A stretch of DNA of 64,000 nucleotides from NCBI GenBank assembly GCA_036630325.1, contig CP142727.1, forward strand, positions 310,001-374,000. Reading direction: 5' to 3'. The translations under genes and the position numbers were made by a program. How positions within the stretch are numbered: position 1 is the first letter of the stretch; every line of letters begins with the position of its first letter. This stretch comes from Vairimorpha necatrix. Its lineage: Eukaryota. Below are positions 59,648 through 64,000 of the stretch, piece after piece. Below the pieces are notes generated by a model. The model was not told where the DNA came from, did not search any database, and saw only the letters and a program-made list of their open reading frames with translations.

Positions 59648-62608
59648 ATGAAAAAAGAAAACAGAATCATTACTTCTAAATACAACAAATACACTTTTTT
59701 CTTTGTGAATATGTATCATCAACTCAGTAAACCGAGTAATCTTTTCTTTTTATTGACGATGGTCTTACTCACCATCCCGCAAATATCGCCTTTCAATCCT
59801 TACACGTATTTACTTGCTTTCTCGCTTGTAACAGGCACTTCTATGATAAAAGACGGAATTGAAGACTATAAAAGGCACAAAGAAGATAAAATTGTCAATA
59901 TGAAAATAATAAATGTCGCTTATATAGAAGACAAAATGATTTATAGTAAGGAAATACACGCCGAAGATATAAAACAAGGCGATTTTGTAATATTAAAACC
60001 AGAAGAAGAAATTCCTGGAGACTGCGTACTTTTATTAAGCAAAATTAAAGAAAAATGTAAAGGTTATTGTTTTGTGGACACGAGTAACTTAGATGGAGAA
60101 TCGAATCTGAAGAAAAAAACTTCTCACACTGTAAAAGACTGTTTACAAAACTGTGCGGAAAGTAGAAGCGACCAAATGTCCTATGACTTTTGCCAATGTG
60201 AATACGACCTATTAGAAAATGTCAAGAATTCAACTGTAAAAGACACAGGTGACGTATTCAATAAATTTGAATGTACGCTGACGACACAAGATCGCGAATT
60301 TCTGTGTAACGAACGAAACATTTTGTTACGAGGAATGAAGCTTAAAAATGTAGACAGTGCTTTGGTTTATATAGTAGCAGTAGGTGGACAAACAAAACTT
60401 GGAAAAAGTAATGTAATGCCTAGAAAAGGCACGTCTTTATTTGAAATGGAACTCACGAAAATTGTAATGATAATATTTGTAATCTATTTCGTTCTTTTAT
60501 GTTCTACAGCGATACTTGGTTCGCTCTTTCTTAGAAAAAATAATTTACAATATTTATATTTGGGAACTTATCTTTCTTCTGATGCTTTAAAATTGACAGG
60601 TACTAATTATATTATGTTCAGTTACCTTATACCACTGTCTTTATTTGTAACTCTAGAAGTATCGAGAATGTTCCACGCGCTTTATATTTCACATGATGAA
60701 AATCTTGAGCGAGACGGAATTAAATCTGTCTGTAGAAATTCTAATGTCACTGAAGATTTAGGTATGATCGAATATATCCTGAGTGATAAAACAGGCACTT
60801 TAACTAAAAACAAAATGGTATTTAAAAAAATTCATGTTTTAGGCAGTGAAGAAATAATCGATGTTAGCGAATTGAAGTTCAATTTCTCTAATATTGATGA
60901 AATTTCTGATCTAATTAAGTTTTCTAATGTTAAAGATGAAGTTTATAGAAATTTTTTCTTGACTTTTTTATTGTTGTGTTGCAACAGTGTAGAACCTTTA
61001 AATGGCAAATTAGAAGGAATTTCTCAAGATGAAATCTGTATTCTACAGAAATTAGAAGCCAATGGTATTCAATTATTGCGTAGAGAAGAAGATTTTTTAT
61101 TATTGAAAATTGGTAATATTAATATAAAATGTAATATAGAATATATTTTAGATTTTAGTTCGTCTAGACAAAGAATGTCTGTTATAGTAAAATTTTTAGA
61201 TAAGATTTTCATGTTTTCCAAAGGATCTGATCAAATGATGTTAGACGAAAAAAAAATCAATGTAAAAATTTTAAACCGGGAATCAGTTTCAAAAATAGTT
61301 AATAAAAATTCTAGTTACAGAACATTAATCTGTGCTTACAGAGAAATTACAAATGAAGAATTAATAAATTTAAAAAATGATCTAGAAAGTGTAAATCTTG
61401 AAGATCACGAAGAAAAAGAAGATTTTTTCTTCAAAAAATTAGAAAAAAATCTCGAATACATTGGCACTACTTTTATTGAAGATGAATTGCAAGATGAGGT
61501 CAAAGAGACCATAGAAATGTTAAAAGAAGCAGGTATTAAGATTTGGATGATAACAGGTGATAAAAAAGAGACTGCTTTAAGTTGTGCAATAGATTCTGGA
61601 TTAATGACTAATTTACGAGATAATAGTGTAATTTCTATAGAAGGCAGACGAGTGGACGAAGAATTAAGAAATCCAAATATTTTATCTTACAAGTCAGTTA
61701 TAATTTACAGATCGACACCAAAACAAAAAAGTCAAATAGCTTTAATACTTAGAAATTTCAAAAAGAATACACTCGCCATTGGGGATGGTAACAATGATGT
61801 GCCCATGTTATTAACCTCCCATGTCGGAGTTGGCATTTTAGGCAAAGAAGGAAACCAAGCAGGAATTTCTGCAGATTTCGCAGTTCCAGATTTCAGAAGT
61901 TTAAAATATTTGATTTTTATTCACGGCAGGTACAATTTCATTAGATTTTCTAAAGTGACTTTAAATGGATTGTATAAGAATATTTATTTGATTATTATAC
62001 AATATTTGTATAATTTTTATACTGGGTTCTCTGGTAAACCAGTTTATAATAATTTTTTCTTAAATTATTATAATGTTTTATTTACTTCCTTGATTCCTGC
62101 TACTATTTGTTGCTTTGACAAAGATCTTCCTGAAGATTATTTACTTAGAAATCCCAGGGAATACAAATCGACAACGAGCTTTTTCTGTAAATCCGTGATC
62201 TTTCTAGGAATAATTTACGGAATTATTCAAGGTTTGGTAGTTTTCCTTCTTGTACTTGGCGTGTTTTTTATTAAAGATCTTGTCAGAAGAGACGGGAAAG
62301 TGGCTGGATATAATGGCATGAATAATCTTATGTCTTTGATTGTATTTTTTAGTGTCTTTCTTGGACAAATAAGGCTGATATCTTTTTATACAATTTATTC
62401 TTATGTGGCTATATTCTTGAGCCTGTTATTACTTTTCTTGACTTTATTTGTAATTCAAGATACTTCCTTAGGTGGGAATATGTGGATATTAATGAGTATA
62501 CCTTCAGCATATTTTACATTTCTATTTATTATGTTATTTACTTATATATCTGAGTTATGTCTTAGTAAAATATTTTATAAGCTTGTAAATAAAAAAGAAA
62601 TAAATTGA
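59648..62608 (+). CDS. Phospholipid-translocating P4-type ATPase (flippase)
   Basis: LDGESNLK, IPLSLFVT, SDKTGTLT, WMITGDK, AIGDGNNDV. Confidence 0.95.
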   Translation: MKKENRIITSKYNKYTFFFVNMYHQLSKPSNLFFLLTMVLLTIPQISPFNPYTYLLAFSLVTGTSMIKDGIEDYKRHKEDKIVNMKIINVAYIEDKMIYSKEIHAEDIKQGDFVILKPEEEIPGDCVLLLSKIKEKCKGYCFVDTSNLDGESNLKKKTSHTVKDCLQNCAESRSDQMSYDFCQCEYDLLENVKNSTVKDTGDVFNKFECTLTTQDREFLCNERNILLRGMKLKNVDSALVYIVAVGGQTKLGKSNVMPRKGTSLFEMELTKIVMIIFVIYFVLLCSTAILGSLFLRKNNLQYLYLGTYLSSDALKLTGTNYIMFSYLIPLSLFVTLEVSRMFHALYISHDENLERDGIKSVCRNSNVTEDLGMIEYILSDKTGTLTKNKMVFKKIHVLGSEEIIDVSELKFNFSNIDEISDLIKFSNVKDEVYRNFFLTFLLLCCNSVEPLNGKLEGISQDEICILQKLEANGIQLLRREEDFLLLKIGNINIKCNIEYILDFSSSRQRMSVIVKFLDKIFMFSKGSDQMMLDEKKINVKILNRESVSKIVNKNSSYRTLICAYREITNEELINLKNDLESVNLEDHEEKEDFFFKKLEKNLEYIGTTFIEDELQDEVKETIEMLKEAGIKIWMITGDKKETALSCAIDSGLMTNLRDNSVISIEGRRVDEELRNPNILSYKSVIIYRSTPKQKSQIALILRNFKKNTLAIGDGNNDVPMLLTSHVGVGILGKEGNQAGISADFAVPDFRSLKYLIFIHGRYNFIRFSKVTLNGLYKNIYLIIIQYLYNFYTGFSGKPVYNNFFLNYYNVLFTSLIPATICCFDKDLPEDYLLRNPREYKSTTSFFCKSVIFLGIIYGIIQGLVVFLLVLGVFFIKDLVRRDGKVAGYNGMNNLMSLIVFFSVFLGQIRLISFYTIYSYVAIFLSLLLLFLTLFVIQDTSLGGNMWILMSIPSAYFTFLFIMLFTYISELCLSKIFYKLVNKKEIN

Positions 62609-62707
62609 AAAAATTTATTTTTTATGCATTATGACGTAATGTGAAACAAACAAATTGTTGTTGTGACGCAATAAAAAATTTATTCATTTTTTTAGTAAAA
62701 TTAAACT

Positions 62708-64000
62708 TTATTTCTTATTTTTAGTTTTCTTAGATGGAGTTTCGATGACATTTTTTTGTTCAGAACTTACAGATGCACCTCGCTTGACTCTTTTTGGTAC
62801 TGCGACTGGGACTGTCTCTACGCTTTCATGAGCCCTTGATGCCCTACGTGTGGATCGTGGGGTCACAGTTAATTTATTAAATGATGACATTTTTTGATCT
62901 TCTTTCTTTTTTGTATTTTTCTCTGGGGTATTTTCCTTCTTTTTTGTATTTTTCTCTGGGGTATTTTCCTTCTTTTTTGTAGTTTTCTCTGGTAAAGTTT
63001 CTACTTTTAATTTTTCAAACCCTGCTTCTGATTCTCTTTCACTGTCTTTAACTTTTTTAGTGGCCTTTGATTTACTTTTTTCAGTTTCCTTAAGAGGTCG
63101 TTTTTTAGTATCTTTTCCTTTTTTTACTGGTTTATCTTTTTTCTTTTCTTCTTCACTTTCGTCGTCACCTTTTTCTTCATTTATTTCGTCTTCTCTTTCT
63201 TCAGTTACATTTTCTTCCACTCCAATTGGCTCTGCTTCACTTGGCCTTATTTCGCTTGGCTCTGGCTCACTTGTCTTTTCCTCTTCGACTATGTTTTCAT
63301 CTTCGTTTATACTTGCCTTTAATATTTCTGCTTCACTTTGTTTTGTTTCACTTGGCTTTTCTTCACTTAGCTTAATTTCGCCTGGCCTTTCTTCTGATTC
63401 GCTTCGTTTTATTTCACTTGCTTTTTCTTCTTCTTCTTCACTTAGCTTAATTTCGCCTGGTTTTGTTTCACTTGCTTTTTCTTCTGTAAAATTTGTCTCT
63501 GTTTCACTTGCCTTAAACATTTCTGTTTCGCTTGGCTTTTCTTCATCTTCGTTTACACTTGGCTTTTCATCTTCTGCTTTGATTTCTTTTGCTTCTGTTT
63601 CAGTTATTATTGGTACTTTAAGTGCTTCACTTTCTCTTATAAATATAACCTCTTCTTTTTCCTCTTCTGTTTCTGTTGCCTCGATTTTCTCTTGTTCTTC
63701 TCTAATCTTCTCATGTTTCTCTTCTTCTATTTCTTGGTTTATCATTTCTGTCAAATTTATACTCTCTGTTGATTTATTAATTTTATCATCTACTAATTTC
63801 TCCGCGTCTTTTAAGATTTCTTTCTCAATTACCGCATCTCCCAAATCTTTCACTTGTTTTTTAGAAATAAGTGGGTCAATAGGCGTGTCGACTACTACTG
63901 ACAAGTCAATGGTCTCTTTTATTTCTTCGTCTAGATCTTGTTGTTTATTTACAATGGCTTCTTTTATTAAACTGAGATCTCCTCCTTCTAAAGCTTCTTC
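62708..64000 (-). CDS. Low-complexity Glu/Lys-rich repeat protein, 5' end outside window
   Basis: Frame open to 64000; EK(P/A)SE repeats; tandem KKKENTPEKNT; basic C-terminus. Confidence 0.8.
   Translation of the reverse strand, partial: EEALEGGDLSLIKEAIVNKQQDLDEEIKETIDLSVVVDTPIDPLISKKQVKDLGDAVIEKEILKDAEKLVDDKINKSTESINLTEMINQEIEEEKHEKIREEQEKIEATETEEEKEEVIFIRESEALKVPIITETEAKEIKAEDEKPSVNEDEEKPSETEMFKASETETNFTEEKASETKPGEIKLSEEEEEKASEIKRSESEERPGEIKLSEEKPSETKQSEAEILKASINEDENIVEEEKTSEPEPSEIRPSEAEPIGVEENVTEEREDEINEEKGDDESEEEKKKDKPVKKGKDTKKRPLKETEKSKSKATKKVKDSERESEAGFEKLKVETLPEKTTKKKENTPEKNTKKKENTPEKNTKKKEDQKMSSFNKLTVTPRSTRRASRAHESVETVPVAVPKRVKRGASVSSEQKNVIETPSKKTKNKK

Overview
Very AT-rich eukaryotic DNA that looks microsporidian (Nosema/Vairimorpha-like). 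Evidence: compact, almost intron-free genes, CCC (occasionally GGG) motifs just upstream of start codons, shortened housekeeping proteins, and a 25-nt intron splitting the ATG of RPL19. Three gene-dense blocks (about 0.6-14.5 kb, 40.9-54.5 kb, 58.3-64 kb) encode RPB3, tRNA-Phe, RPL36, EPL1, a PTP, an HROB-like OB protein, TFIIB, RPS18, CGR1-like, Myb, RCL1, RPE1, Erv, RPL19, RNF10/Mag2-like, CWC24, CCT5, a cyclase-like protein, thiolase and a P4-ATPase. A gene-poor island (14.5-40.9 kb) holds a three-member family of putative secreted proteins, a surface-protein candidate and many transposons. The transposons include a young full-length Ty3/Gypsy element (identical 238-bp LTRs, GTAAT TSD), several solo LTRs, two Merlin/ISXO2-type elements with 8-bp TSDs, relics of RLE-type non-LTR elements and a Helitron-like 3' end. 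The most unusual observation concerns the Gypsy element: its ORF starts inside the LTR (this coding segment is conserved in a diverged solo LTR) and a perfect 12-bp palindrome sits where a tRNA primer-binding site should be. All calls were made by eye, without database searches.
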